Origin: Octopus sinensis
Taxonomy: Eukaryota
Assembly: GCF_006345805.1 (NCBI RefSeq)
Contig: NC_043011.1
Coordinates: 34,298,464-34,362,463 of the forward strand
DNA length: 64,000 nt
Direction: 5' to 3'
Shown piece after piece: positions 42,502 to 57,030 of this stretch (positions within the stretch are counted from its first letter, which is position 1; every line of letters begins with the position of its first letter). The translations under genes and the position numbers were made by a program. The notes under the pieces were generated by a model that saw nothing but the letters and a program-made list of their open reading frames with translations, searched no databases and had not been told where the DNA came from.

Positions 42502-42965
42502 GTGTATGTATGTATGTATGTACGCCTAAATGTGTTCTTTGATAATTTGTAGTTTTCGTGACGTTAGTTGTGGGTAGACTTCAACGCAACTTTACATAAT
42601 ACTTACATACATACAAACATACATACATACATACATACATACATACATACATACATACATACATACATACATACATACATACATACATACATACGTGCAT
42701 ACATACATACATACATAGGTGTTTCCTAATACCCTGGTCACATTTAGTGACAATTATAATTCTCCCTTTTGGTAAAACATTGCAAACCGCTGTTTATACA
42801 AATCTTATACACACACACACACAGATGCATATATATGTATATAGGTGGAGGTAAAGAACACCCACGCCACCCGTTTCCGGTGTAACAAAAACCCTAACCC
42901 TAAACACCGGGTGTGCATATTCCTTATCTTCGCCATCTCTCTTTCTCTCTCTCTTCTCCCTCCCT

Positions 42966-43043
<78 letters not shown>

Positions 43044-43178
43044 AACGTGTTGCAAAGACCTCTTTATTATAATTATATAAACTTTTACCGAATATGGTCC
43101 TTTTCCATACCGAAATACTACTTGGTGAAATTTGTTGATTTTATTAAATTAATTACATTTCACCCTTTATCTGTATTG

Positions 43179-43251
<73 letters not shown>

Positions 43252-43371
43252 GAAGAAATGAGGTACTCAGAAAATCGGATGGTTTATATTACAGATATTT
43301 ATTTGTATATTACATTTTTTATACATCATATAACTTAGATCATGTATTAGCGCTTTCTCCCATTCTAGTGG

Positions 43372-43411
<40 letters not shown>

Positions 43412-44057
43412 TATAAGGAAAGGGATATATAATTGACACAATGTGGTTTATATAAATACGTGCTTCAATTTACTTAGATGCACAGTTGTATTATAAGTGT
43501 GTGTGCGCGCGCTCATGCATGCGAGTATACGAGCGTATATACATGTGTGTTATATGTTTACACGCGCGTACATGCACGCACGCATGCATACACATACATA
43601 GTTTATATATTTCAATAAAACACCGTTTGTGTATCTACATATCTGTTTTGCCTCTCACACTTTCACTTTGTAAGTCATTGTTCTCGACCCTACTCCTCTT
43701 CCTCCCCCTATCTTTCCCCTAATATTTCCTAGTGCTAATTATAAACACTTGTTATCTCACTCCTTAAATAAAAGTCGTTGTAATTTGAAATTGACACAAT
43801 CCTTATTTGGGATTAATTACTACTTCCGTATTTTTCTTTTTTTTTTCTCTCCAATCAATCACTTCTTTCCTAATTTCTAGTTCGTTGTTGTAACACATAC
43901 GTTCTGTATATGAAATTAGGGGATGTTGTTGTCGTTAAGTCCAGTTTCTATCGCAATTTAGTTTCGTTGACTTTTCTGGACAACTTACTTTGGCGTAATT
44001 TCGTTATGCGTACCGGAAGTACCCGATACATTTCAAGAAAGTGTTTTTTTATATATT

Positions 44058-44194
44058 AGGAAGGGCATCCAGCCGTAGAAACACTGCCAAATCTGACTGG
44101 GCCTGATGAAGCCTTCCGGCTTCACAGACCCCAGTTAAACCGTCCAACCCATGCTAGCATGGAAAACGGACGCTAAATGATGATGATGATGATG
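44058..44194 (+). mobile_element. SINE/RTE-type 3' fragment with (TGA)n tail
   Basis: AGGAAGGGCATCCAGCCGTAGAAAC..CCGTCCAACCCATGCTAGCATGG..GCTAAATGATGATGATG. Confidence 0.6.
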
Positions 44195-45039
44195 ATATAT
44201 ATATATATGGGGGTTTAGGGTTTGTGTTAGGGGTGGGAGAAAAGGGTTTCTGTAATCTTCAGAAATGTAAACAAAGCCACTTCCGGTACCTACGGTACGT
44301 ATACCGAAGGATCGCCCGATTGCAACCTACTTCAAATGAGAAAGGGAGACAACTTTAAAGTTTCAACAATCTCCTAAATTAACATTGCATTAAGGAAAGG
44401 ACAGTCTTTTGGTAGGATGGGAGAAACAAGAGGACAGTTGTAAACACATTTCTGTCTCAATGAGCGTCATCGGCACAGCGTTGTCCTACCTTGACTCCCA
44501 AGTACACATGTACCCACAAACATCATATATTCATATTTTCATAGGGCAACCGTTGCAGATTGAGGAATTAACACTGAAGAAGTGACCAGCATCGTAACAG
44601 GTTGTCCGAAAATATGATGATATTTATTTATCAATCAGACATTTTGTAAAGGCAAAAGCACTACACCTGTAGAAAGGATAGTCTTGAAGATCAAACTAAA
44701 ATGTTACTATGATGAAGCCACAAGGCTTCGAGTTCAATCCCACAGCGTGACACTTAAAAGAAAAGTGTTTCGGTGATAGCACACAATTCTGTAGTTCTAT
44801 TTTGTCCTTCTTATATTGTCATGTTTCATTTCCAATCCAGATTGCTACTTCTTTGTTGCTAATATATGTTATTTGTGATTAACCCCAGATACGCTGACTA
44901 AAAATAAAAGGCAGGATAGTCGCAGCTGGAACGACCCTAATCATAAGGCTACTGCACGGAGTGCGGTTTTTAAGCTAGTTACCAATAAGAATCTTAACAT
45001 TGCATCGCAAAGTCGACCGACCTTGAAGGCGCTACTCTA

Positions 45040-45884
45040 ATCACTTCCAATACTGGCGCTGCCACATCCACCACCACCACCACCACCACTGGCGCCGCCG
45101 TCGCCACCATCACCACAACTAACACTATCAATATCACCACCAATCTTTCCACGACCACCAACAATAACACCATACTCATGACCACTACTAAAACTGCAAA
45201 AATCACCACTCCTGCTACCTTCACCGTCATCAACACCACCACAATTACAAACCCTAACCCTCCACAACCACCCCGGATCTGTTCAGTTTCGTTCACAGAT
45301 TTTTAAAAATAATTTTTTAAAAAACTAAACAGTTTGAAACTTCTTATAATGGTGTAATTTCTTACACTGAACACGGCTTACTTTCAACATTTTTGACAAA
45401 ATTTCGTATTTTAGAAGTTATTTCGTGTTAAAGTTATCGTATTTGGGTAATTTTAACCAATCAACGACGTGTATTCAATTGAAGAAAGCTACTGCTGTTT
45501 GCGATAGTACCACCACCACCACCACCACCACCACCACCACTACTACCATCACCACCACCACCATCACATTCACAACCAACACTACCACCACCATCACCAC
45601 CACCACCACCACCACCCTACTACTACCACTACCACGACCATCACAACCAATACCACTACTACACCTACTAACACTACCACCATCGCCACCCACAGCGACC
45701 CTACCTCCCCCAACGCCACCCACCCACCCTCTATCTCCCCTCCACTCCTCTGCCAGCACTATCTATTAACTGATTAAACAAGACACACCACAGTAGTTCC
45801 TCTTTACAAGGTTAAAAGGAAAACAAAGGAACATTTATGTTGGGCAAACAAACCGTCTCATCCGATGGTGAAGGCACAAACACA

Positions 45885-45928
<44 letters not shown>

Positions 45929-46330
45929 TCATGTTCATCATCACCATCATCATCACTATCATCGTCATCACCACCACCGTCATCATTGTTATCATAATCA
46001 CCGTCGTCGCCTTCATCATTATCATCATCAACAGCAGTATCAGTACAACCATCATTTATCATCCTTATTATCATCATCATCGTCGTCGTCATCACTTCCA
46101 CCACCACCTCCATCATAGTCATTTTCATCATTATCGTCATCATTATCATCGTTTTCATCATCATCACCATCGCCATCATCGTTGTCATCAATATATCTTT
46201 ATTTTGACACAAGTGCAGCGAGCAAGACACTTTCCCTTTAAGTCCGACACCGCCGCCATCGCCGCTGCCTCCACCTCCGCCTCCGCCTCCGCCATTGCCT
46301 CCACCTCCACCATCGCCGCCACCTCATCCG
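45040..46330. repeat. Mosaic of (ACC)n, (ACT)n, (ATC)n and (GCC)-like trinucleotide tracts, with a MITE-B fragment at ~45275-45500
   Basis: Direct inspection. Confidence 0.9.
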
Positions 46331-46866
46331 CTAACAGCTTCCTATGCAAACATTCCGTCCAGTTCTATCTCCTTAGAATGTCTACCCTCTGGATACTTAA
46401 TCCATCACCCGGTCTAAAACCGCTACCGCATCCTTCGATACCTTTTGGAGGGTTTACTGTGGTGCTCCCGCATGGCCTTAGCTTCTGGTTGAAGCCAGTA
46501 AAACATAAATGGCTATTAGTGTGTTCAAGCCAAGTATCCGGTCTGATAACATCTACTCTTCCAGCTTTTAACGTTTTGAGTTCAAGTTCAAATATCGCTG
46601 TGGTCAGCTTTACCTTTCAACCTTTCAAAGTCGATTAAATAAAGTACCAAACAAGTACAGGGCTTGATGTGATCGATTACCGATTACCCAGTCCTCGATT
46701 GCTAGGTTTGTGCTAAAACTTGAAACAGTTATAATAACCAGAGGGAAGACAATTTTACGGGGACTACTCGATCATAGCATCGACCAAGAGTCGGCGAACC
46801 CGGGTAAATTACCCCGAGTGGGGTAAAAATGAAATTCTTGGGGGTAATGAGGACTCATTAGACATA

Positions 46867-47302
46867 CTCTTTTTTACTCTTTTACTTGTTTCAGTCATTT
46901 GACTGCGGCCATGCTGGAGCACCACCTTTTAGTCGAGCAAATCGACCCCAGGACTTATTCTTTGTAAGCCTAGTACTTATTCTATCGGTCTCTGGCCGAA
47001 CTGCTAAGTTACGGGGACGTAAACACACCAGCGTCGGTTGTCAAGCTTTGTTGGGGGACAAACACAGACACACAAAATATATTACACACATACATACATA
47101 TATATATATATTATATATTATATATATATATAATAATATATATATATACGACAGGCTTCTTTCAGTTTCCGTCCACCATATCCACTCACAAGGCTTTGGT
47201 CGGCCCGAGGCTATAGTAGAAGACACTTACCCAAGGTGCCACGTAGTGGGCCTGAACCCAGAACCATGTGGTTGGTAAGCAAGCTACTTACCACGCAGCC
47301 AC
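46867..47302 (-). mobile_element. SINE family 1
   Basis: Full-length match. Confidence 0.9.
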
Positions 47303-48726
47303 AAGTAAAATTATATAAAAAACGTGTTCCTTGTTACTACAGAGACTTCTCTACTGGCAACTCCGCAACTATCCCATGTAATGGACATGCTTAGGAGACG
47401 TCACGCCATTTTGAACTACAAATTTGGTCGGGTGACTAAACATATTATTTGTCAGTTGACTATTAACCGCGTTAACCTTATCTTTTTGACACACATGATT
47501 TTGCTTTGTTTAAGTAGATTTAAGTAGTTATTCAATTCAACCCTTTAACAAAATTGATTGGACCCCGAAGACTGTATCCAAATTGCTCTGGCGTCAAAAT
47601 GCCTCAATTTTGATGTAATTGTTACAAAAATGAAACATCATTTCTCCAAAACCTGAAGTGAAAAAGTTTCTAGAAGAATCATTTTGTTTCATAGCGAGGA
47701 TATTAATTTATTTTATCTCGTTTGTTTTATGCTTGTTATATTTATAATTGTATTCTCCATATAAATAGATTCAACATATCTTTTGAATTCAAAGAATATA
47801 TGATTTTCTTCCCTTCGAATCAAGGAGGTAACGTCGGTGTAAATAAAAATTCCCCGAGCCCTGGCATAGCCGAACACTTTAAGTACGAAACCGAACTGTA
47901 GACGGACCTTCCAAGTGGATGTTCGATCTGCAAGAAATAACAGCCAGATTTTGTTCAAACCACAGCTTTCTACAGTTGTTCTGAATCATTTTGGATTTTG
48001 TGGTGTATTGGGGGTAAAACAAATATATAAAAAGAACATTTCTAATGCCCTTGACAAAAAACAAAGGAGTTCAGAAAATTTATTGTTGTATCAAATAGCA
48101 AAAAGCCTTAAATTATTTTAAAATTCTGTAGTGCATACGAAACATCTTGAGGTGAACTACATATACCCTATCCCGCCATTCTTATCGATTTACTCATCCA
48201 GTAACATACCCCAATACCCCAACTACATCTTTAAAAAGAAATAAAAACAGAAAAAAACATGCAATAACCACGGTTGGTACATATTTAATCATAGGATTCC
48301 TAAATCAGGATGGACCGGAGTCTAAATTAACACACATATATAAACACTAACACACACACACACACACAAAGAAAAAGTACATCATGACATATTCTCCAAT
48401 ATACTACATATAAGTACAGGCTGGTACGCAATCTGTACAGATAACACTCGCAGATACACATTAGAATAACAACTAAACTCGCTTTACGCGCCAAACTTGT
48501 AAGTTTGCTATAATGAATGAAAAACAAATATATATTGGTCACAGCTGAGGCACTGTTGATCATAAGTGGAACTTTTCGACGAAGCCTGACTGTGGAAATA
48601 CAACAAATACAACAACGTATATTCTTGCAAAACAATCTATAGATTGGCTTACTTGTACGTGTGCGCATACAGATACAGACACACACCACACACATATATC
48701 CATATATGTACACACACACACACACA

Positions 48727-48773
<47 letters not shown>

Positions 48774-48991
48774 AACTACACAACAAAAGTGTTGCTGTAT
48801 TTCAAGCTGTTTCCCAGGAGTCGAATTGAACAAATAATTAAAGCAGAATTAGAAACTCTCTGTTAATAAACTAAGCTATCAGTGTTGTCACAAAGACACG
48901 TCTGTCTCATCCTTTAACACAAGTCTTTTGTGAGTGTGTGTGTGCGAAACCGTGCCAGTACATGCAGGTATGTATATATATATATATATAT

Positions 48992-49024
<33 letters not shown>

Positions 49025-49164
49025 CAACTGCATGTACTGCCACGGCTTCAAACACACATGTATGCATATATATAACCATACATGCTCATACATGCACACA
49101 CTCATATATAGATGCATACATATATGTGAATATATTATGCACATGATACATATATGCATATGTA

Positions 49165-49216
<52 letters not shown>

Positions 49217-50068
49217 CAAGCACAGATATTATATTTAACGTATACAGAAGGTGTACTTGCCGGCAGGCTGCTATCGGCGTGGAGTAGTATACTCACTCAA
49301 AGCACTGGATGTTAAAAGACTTCAGAGTCATGGAGAGGTGGGATAACTCACCCTTAATCACGTCAAGGAGTGACGGACGTCGATGTTTCGTCGTTTTTTT
49401 GTGGCTTGTCAACATCACGTACAAGACCAGGACTGGAGGGGAGTCACTTCACCAGTTCACGATTTATATGCTCATAGCGTGCAAAACTATGTGCAGCTTT
49501 ACTCGAACAATGTATGCGTAAGAATAAATGCAAATATGAAACAGAAGCAGCACTAGTCTGATAAACGTTATCAAGAACATTGTCGCGGATGTTTCTTCTT
49601 GGGTGAGCGTGAATTGCCCTTCCCATAGCCCGTGTATGGATGCTGTGTCATCGTATGGATTTACACAATTGACTGGCTGACAACTTATGAGTAAAGAAGT
49701 TGCCGAGAATCACATAGGAAGCCCGCCCATCAGATATCGAACATGCTTTATGAAATCTTGATATGCCACAGTAGTCACATATGGTTTCTGTCGCAATTTA
49801 GTTTCATTTTTATTGGACAATTTTCCTTCACTTTTTATTGGACAATTTACTTTCACTTTCTAACATGAATCTTTTTATAACATTCGTGTTAACAGTTCAT
49901 TTTTGTTTGTTTGTTTGTTTGTTTGTTTGTATGTATGTATGTATGTATGTATGCATGCATGTGTTTATGTATATGTTTGTGAGAGAAACGGCGCGTGGCT
50001 TAGTGGTTAGGGTATTTAGCTCACGATCGTTGCTCCAGTCCACTCAGCTGCCAAAAATGAGTAGTACC

Positions 50069-50116
<48 letters not shown>

Positions 50117-50569
50117 GTGACAGCTTCTATGTATGAGAGGGTTTTGTTTTACATTTATTTCACGCCTTCGTTGACTTAACCCGGTTAGTAACGAAATGTC
50201 AGTGTCTTCTTGTTTGAGCCAAGATAGTTTGTGTGCGTTTAGTTTTTATAGTTTTTATAGTTTGACCTGGGGCTAAACAAGAAAGACAACAAGTGACTTA
50301 TTCATATACATACGTACATATACTGCTGCCGTCCAACATGCTCCAAATAGCAGATACATTCTTCGACACCACATAGATTTTCTTATCTTTTACTTGTTTC
50401 AGTCATTGGATTTCGGCCATTCTGAAGCAGCGCCTTGACGGGTTTGGTCGAACAATCCGATCCTTGTACTAACATTTAAAGTTTGGTACCTGTTCTATCT
50501 GTTCCTATTTTGTCGAACCACTAAGTTACGGGGACGTAAACAAATCAACATCGGGTGTTAAACACAGAG

Positions 50570-51310
50570 GGGACAAACAAGGACAAACAAACGGATTAAG
50601 TCGATTACATCGACCCCCAGTGCATAACTGGTACTTAGTTTATCGACCCCGAAAGGATGAAAGGCAAAGTCGACCTCGGCGGAATTTGAACTCAGAACGT
50701 AACGGCAGACGAAATACCGCTAAACATTTTGCTCAGCGTGCTAACGATTCTGCCAGCCCGCCGCCCCAAATCCATAAAGATGTTCTTTTCTACTCTAGGC
50801 GCAAGGCCCGAAATTTTGGGGGATGGGCCAGTCGATTAGGTCGACCCCAGTGCGTAACTGGTACTTAATTTATCGACCCCGAAAGGATGAAAGGCAAAGT
50901 CGACCTCGGCGGAATTTGAACTCAGAATGTAAAGACAGACGAAATACCGCTAAGTATTTCGCCCAGTGTGCTAACATTTCTGCCAGCTCCCCGCCCAAAA
51001 TCCATAAAGATATTGATTTCAAATTTTGGCACAAGGCCAGCAATTTCGAGGGAGGGGTTAAGTCGATTAAATCGACCCCAGTACTCAACATATACTTATT
51101 TTATCGACCCTGAAATGATAAGTTTTTTGGGGGAAAGGGATAGTCGATTACATCGGCCCTAGTAGTTGACTGGTACTCTTTTCATCAACACCGAAAGGAT
51201 GAAAGGCAAAGTCGACCCGGGCGGCATTTGAACTCAGAACGTACAGTCGGAGGAAATGCTGTTAAGCATTATTCACGACTCGGTAACGATTTCGCCAGCT
51301 CGCCGCCTTA
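50570..51310 (-). mobile_element. Stack of about three SINE family 2 copies/fragments
   Basis: Reverse-complement head-core blocks at ~50600-50760, ~50840-51000 and ~51150-51310. Confidence 0.85.
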
Positions 51311-51840
51311 ATCCGTAGAAATATTGAAAGAAATAAGTGACGATAATGATGACAGTGGTGGTGATGGCGTGTGTAGCATATAAGATGTATGTGTAGATTA
51401 TAGCGTATAGTTGCAGTCATGAAACAATAAATAAGAGGTATGCGTAAAGTAATTCAGTTTGGAAGAAGTGACGAGGAATGTTGATGTAATTGTGGGTGAC
51501 GTTGGTGATGGTGGTGGTTGGAGTGAGATATTACAAGATTCCCTGCCCTGTTAGAAAGAATCTAGCTCACGTCTCAACTAACAGCACAACTGTTGTCTCT
51601 TGTCACACAGAGACCTTGTAAGTTTCTGTAACGAGGGTGATTACTGGTGGGACGATGGGAGTAATGGTGGTGGTGGTCGTGGTGATCGTGGTGGTGACGT
51701 TAGTATGCAGCAATAGTTGTAGCAGCAGTAGTAATAGTAGTAGTGCTGGTAGTGGTGGTGGTGGTAGTAGTAGTACGATTTTGACCTCGTCCGAGCGACA
51801 TTACGAAGCGTCTTTGATTACCGTTATTGTAATTGAAGGA

Positions 51841-52410
51841 AGGCGGCGAGCTGGCAGAAACCTTAGCACGCCGGGCGATATGCGTAGCCGTATTTCGTCT
51901 GTCGTTACGTTGTGAGTTCAAATTCCGCCGAGGTCGACTTGCCCTTTCATTCTTTCGGGGTCGATAAAATTAAGTACCAGTTACGCACTGGGGTCGATGT
52001 AATCGACTTAATACCTATGTCTGTCCTTGTTTGTCCCCCTCTGTGTTTAGCCCCTTGTGGGTAGTAAAGAAATAGGTATTTCGTCTGCCGCTACGTTCTG
52101 AGTTCAAATTCCGCCGAGGTCGATTAAATAAGTACCAGTTACGTACTGAGGTCGATATAATCGACTTAATCCGTTTGTCTATCCTTGTTTGTCCTCTCTG
52201 TGTTTAGCCCTTTGTGGGTAGGAAAGAAATAGGTATTTCGTCTGTCTTTACATTCTGAGTTCAAATTCCGCCGAGGTCGAATTGCCTTTCATCCTTTCGG
52301 GGTCGATAACTTAAGTACCAGTTGCGTACTGAGGTAGAGCTAATCGGTGCCCCCCCCCCCGCCTCCCCAAAAATTTCGGGCCGTGTGCATAGAGTAGAAA
52401 AGGTTATTGT
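51841..52410 (+). mobile_element. Stack of about three SINE family 2 units
   Basis: Body re-starts after each AAAGAAATAGG tail at ~52075 and ~52235. Confidence 0.85.
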
Positions 52411-53116
52411 AATTGCAGGCCAACCCTGATCCGGTCGGCCTTATGATCAGTCACTCTGTGACCGTCCCGTCTCATTTCTGTAATAGAAATAGAAGCCATA
52501 TCTCCCTCATATCCCACCAACCGTCTTAAATGCATGGCACATTGGATAAACACGCACACACATACATGCACGCACACATTCATATACGTATATAAATGGG
52601 ACGGTCTGGCCCAAAACGCATTTAATTATAGGATCTACTCACGAGAGATGACATAATTGAAATTTGGTTCTTGATTGGAGACAAAGAAAAAAAAAAAAGA
52701 AACAAGCCCAACAGCTAATGTCTGTGGATCTCTAAGAAAAGTGGGAGATAATCTCAAGAAATTTAAGAAAATAGAATTTTCGCGTCTAGAAAAGAGTGAT
52801 CTTTGTTAGCTGGCGCAGTGACAGGTTGCTATGAATCATCTTTTTAAACCTGTTTTGGTCTGTGGAACAAGAACAGCATTGATTGATAATTATTAATTAT
52901 GACATGATGTAAGGCGGCGAGCAGGCTGAATCGTTAGCACGTGCCGTACAAAATGCTTAGCGGCATTTCTTCCGGCTCTTTTGACGCGAGGTTAACTTTG
53001 CCTTTTATCCATTCGGTGTCGGTAAATTAAATACTTGTTGAGCATTGAACTTGATTTCACCACCTCTCAGAATTGGCGGCCTTGTGCCAAAAATTGTTTG
53101 TTCTTTCTCAAGCTAT

Positions 53117-53385
53117 GCCTGGCTCATAGTGGCCGGTTTCCCGGTTCCCCACTTGGACGGGACGCCGGTCCGTCGCATGTGAGCTGCAAGATGCAGGAGG
53201 AAAGAGTTAGTTAGAGAAAGTTGTGTCGAAAGAGTCAGCAAAAGTTCGCCATTACCTTCTGCCGGAGCCGCGTGGAGCTTAGGTGTTTCGCTCATAAACA
53301 CACACATCGCCCGCTCTGAGATTCGAACCCACGATCCCTCGACGGCGAGTCCGCTGCTCTAACCACTAGGCCATGTACCTCCACT
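53117..53385 (-). mobile_element. SINE family 3, V-like tail variant
   Basis: Matches 17969-18260. Confidence 0.8.
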
Positions 53386-53779
53386 GTGCCAAAAATTAGA
53401 AAGAATGAATTATGACATAGTTTTGCATATAGCATCACAATGTTCTTACTGTCTGGAGTTGTAACATCGTTGACTGGTGCTGTGTTATATATTTTAAAAA
53501 CATGCGTGACTGAATTTGCTTGTTAGTAAAGAACGGTCGTTGTGCGCTTTGTTAAACTAATATTAGGGGTTACTAATATGCAAAGAACATCACGGAATCT
53601 GTTATTAGCAGAAATGACTACTTTTGAGATGAGGGGAACGAGTTTTTTTTTTAATGTTGGAAGACCCCATTGACATTAATTGTCATCTAACGAGACCAGA
53701 TTTGAAAAAAAAAAAATAGCAACAACAAGAACAACTATACTACTAAAACCATTACTGATGATTATTTATACATATCTGT

Positions 53780-54019
53780 CTGTCTGTCTATCTATCTATC
53801 TATATACATACATACCCACACACTCGCATGCATCCCTACCCACATACATACACGCACACCTACTCACACACACACATACACACACACACACATACCCGCA
53901 CACACACACACATACATACATACACATACATACCTACTTCAGACATACACACACACAGACATACACCCATACACTCACACTCACACGCATACACACACAC
54001 ACACATACACACGCACACG

Positions 54020-54050
<31 letters not shown>

Positions 54051-55330
54051 CTACATACATACATTACACTTGTATACACACACACTTACATTCATACACA
54101 CACACACCTACACAGCCATACCCTCACTCAGACACACACATCTACCTACACACACACACAAACACACAGACACACACCCATACATACATACATCTACACA
54201 CACACGCCTACACACATACATACACACATACATAAACACACACACATACACATATACACACATACGCACACACACATATACTTATACACATGCACACACA
54301 CACATACATACATACACCCATATACATACACACACACATACCCACATACTCCTATACGCACATACATACACACAAACATACACACATACACACTCACACA
54401 AACATACACACACACATACTTACACACACACTCACCTGCACGCGCACACACATGCATGACAAACACCCATACACTCACACTCACATACGCACACACCAAC
54501 ATAAACACGCACACACACACCTACACTCCCACACACATACACACGCACCTACATACACACACGCACGCATACACACGCATACACACATACATTACACACG
54601 TACACACACACCTACATACACATGCATACACACACACATACAAACATGCACGGACACACCCAGACAAACACACATACACCTATATACACACGCCCCCCAC
54701 ACACCTACATACACACACCATATACACACCCCACACACCTACATACACACACATACATACACACACCATACACGGACACACCCATACATACTTACATACA
54801 TACACCTATACACACACGCCTACACACCTACATACACACACATGCATACACACACATGTACGCACATACACACACATATACGCACATACATATATACCCA
54901 CACACATGCACACACACACACATACGCACATGCATGCATGCACACGCGCACACCTACACGCATACGCACACACACACGCACGTACACATACATACATACA
55001 CACACGCACACATACACCCATACACATACATGCATCCTACACACACATACATACACACTCACACATACATACACACACACACACTCACTCACCACACACC
55101 TGTATGCACGCGCACACACATGCACATACACACACTTCCCCACACCCACACGTACATACATACACACATCACACATACACACACACACACACACACGGAC
55201 ATACATCTATGCACACACATACATACACACATACTCACATACATTCATCGGACACACTGCCACCCAGACATACACACAGACACACTCACACATCCACACA
55301 CATACATACTTACGCGCGCATACTCGCAGG
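53780..55330. repeat. Degenerate (CA)n-rich low-complexity tract
   Basis: Direct inspection; source of the H/T-rich ORFs. Confidence 0.95.
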
Positions 55331-56091
55331 CGCGCGCACACACGCGCTTGCGCCGGTTCGCGCACGCATACGCGCCGCATGCACCTCGCTCTTGGACCGA
55401 CGAGACCTCCCGCCCGTTCCTGGGACCGTCGCGTGTCGTTGGTTTTCCCACGCCCGTCTCCGCGGGACCACTCTTCCATCTTCCCCTCAGCTGGAGTCCT
55501 TTTTCCTTAACCCCCCCCCTTTTTCGTTACACACACGCGCACACATTGCTTAAATATATACATTACTCTTACACACATTCAATCTACTCGCCATTAATAC
55601 CACCACGACACTGGACACACACACACACTACTACTCAACACACGCTGGCACGCTACATACGCCCCCACCCCTTCCCCTCCCTCCCTTCCTCCTTCCTTCT
55701 TTTTCTTACTACTGACCTACGCCCCCACCCCTTCCCCTCCCGCCCTTCCTCCTTCTTTCTTTTTCTTACTACTGACCTTGTCTGCTAAGCTGACCATTGT
55801 CTCGCCCTACCTCACACGCCTACACACAGACGCACACACTAACACACACATATTTTTTTGTTTTTTCATCTCGCCTCACACACACACATACACACACGCA
55901 CACGCACACACTCACACATCTGTTGCGTTACCAACCTTGTCTCCACTCTTTTGCCTTTAAAAACCCACTTTGCTCTTGTTATCGTAAACATCCGCCTTTC
56001 ACCATGTGCAACTCGTAAACACCAGTCGTCTTTTTTCTCTTTCCCTGTTGCCCTCTCTGGGATCTTTCTTTCCTCTCTCTTCCTTCTTTAT

Positions 56092-56126
56092 GTTTCCGAC
56101 GAAGAGCTCCGCTCGAAACGTCATAC
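56092..56126 (+). ncRNA. Degenerate minimal hammerhead motif
   Basis: GTTT-CCGACGA-A-GAGC-TCC-GCTC-GAAA-C-GTC/ATAC; U4->C change in the core; downstream CCTGAGCGCC..TAATA shared with the 58702 copy. Confidence 0.55.
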
Positions 56127-56259
56127 CTCCCTGCTTCCATTTCCTGAGCGCCTATTAATAATAATACTGTAATTGTTCCATTGTTGTTGTTTTTTTGTTT
56201 CCCGTTTGGATTAAAATTATATATCTATATCTATATATATATAATATATATATATATAA

Positions 56260-56540
56260 CCGTGACCGACCAGGCTATCAGATGTTGCTACACATCGCTG
56301 GTCACAATGCGCTTCGCATTGTTTTAGCCTTCAAATGACGCCACCCCGCTGGCTAAGCGAGCAGGCCAACAGAAGAAAGAGTGAGAGAAAGTTGTGGCGA
56401 AAGAGTACAGCAGGGATCGCCACCACCTCCTGCCGGATCCTCGTGGAGTTTTAGGTGTTTTCGCTCAATAAACACAACGTCCGGTCTGAGAATCGAAACC
56501 GCGATCCTACGACCGCGAGTCCGCTCCCCTAACCATTGCG

Positions 56541-56545
<5 letters not shown>
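56260..56545 (-). mobile_element. SINE family 3, third tail variant
   Basis: Shares head and CTTTCGCCACAACTTTCTCTCACTC block with 63250 and 17969, then a different 3' sequence. Confidence 0.75.
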
Positions 56546-56578
<33 letters not shown>

Positions 56579-56628
56579 GAATAAATGAAAGAATGGAGTC
56601 GAACGAAGATTTTAACAAAATTCCTTTA

Positions 56629-56713
56629 ATCTCGACACATGTTTCGAAGACGGCATACTTTTAATTCCGAAGGAATAAAGGGTGCACTATGCCATCTTCT
56701 CATCAGGAAAGAT
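56629..56713 (-). ncRNA. Type I hammerhead ribozyme with canonical core and 12-bp stem II
   Basis: Minus strand: ATCTTTC-CTGATGA-GAAGATGGCATA-(30 nt)-TATGCCGTCTTC-GAAA-CATGT-GTC/GAGAT; predicted cut between 56634 and 56633. Confidence 0.8.
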
Positions 56714-56915
56714 AAGGAGCAGCCACAAGACGAACAAAAAATTTTGATGGTTGCCTACATGGTGACCACAGTGGCGAATTTTCCATGCTAGGATAATTCA
56801 TTCACCTACTTATATATATATATATATATCGTTTGTAAGAAAACATATATCCGAAAGAAGAAGCACACTCTAAGATGTAGAGCAGTATATATTAAAAAGC
56901 TGAAGGGCGGTTTAT

Positions 56916-56968
56916 GGGATTACTTTAGGTTTCCTGTCCATAAAGGGTTTAGCTTTATCGTCAGATCA
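56916..56968 (-). ncRNA. Decayed hammerhead-like motif (left palindrome arm)
   Basis: GAT-CTGACGA..GAAA-CC-TAA-AG-TA/ATCC; stem II partly deleted, one stem III mismatch. Confidence 0.4.
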
Positions 56969-57030
56969 CAAAAACCTGTTGGTCCAAGACCTCTTAAGAT
57001 ATTTTAAAGAAGTCTTGGGCCAACAGGCTT

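Noticed and set aside
44573-44620. CTGAAGAAG..GGTTGTCCGAAA as a hammerhead
   Set aside because: Weak stem II, and no UH with a matching stem I.
45865-46638. 257-aa T/I/A-rich ORF
   Set aside because: Trinucleotide mosaic plus degenerate SINE sequence.
47713-47958. 81-aa minus ORF as a terminal exon
   Set aside because: The putative acceptor overlaps the AAATAACAGCC repeat motif; no recognisable homology.
48380-48660. Stop-free minus frame with a strong-looking acceptor near 48590
   Set aside because: No recognisable homology and no convincing donor; the frame is extended by CA repeats.
53680-55788. Long ORFs of 259-406 aa
   Set aside because: Translations of a CA-rich microsatellite that is open in several frames; no domain content.
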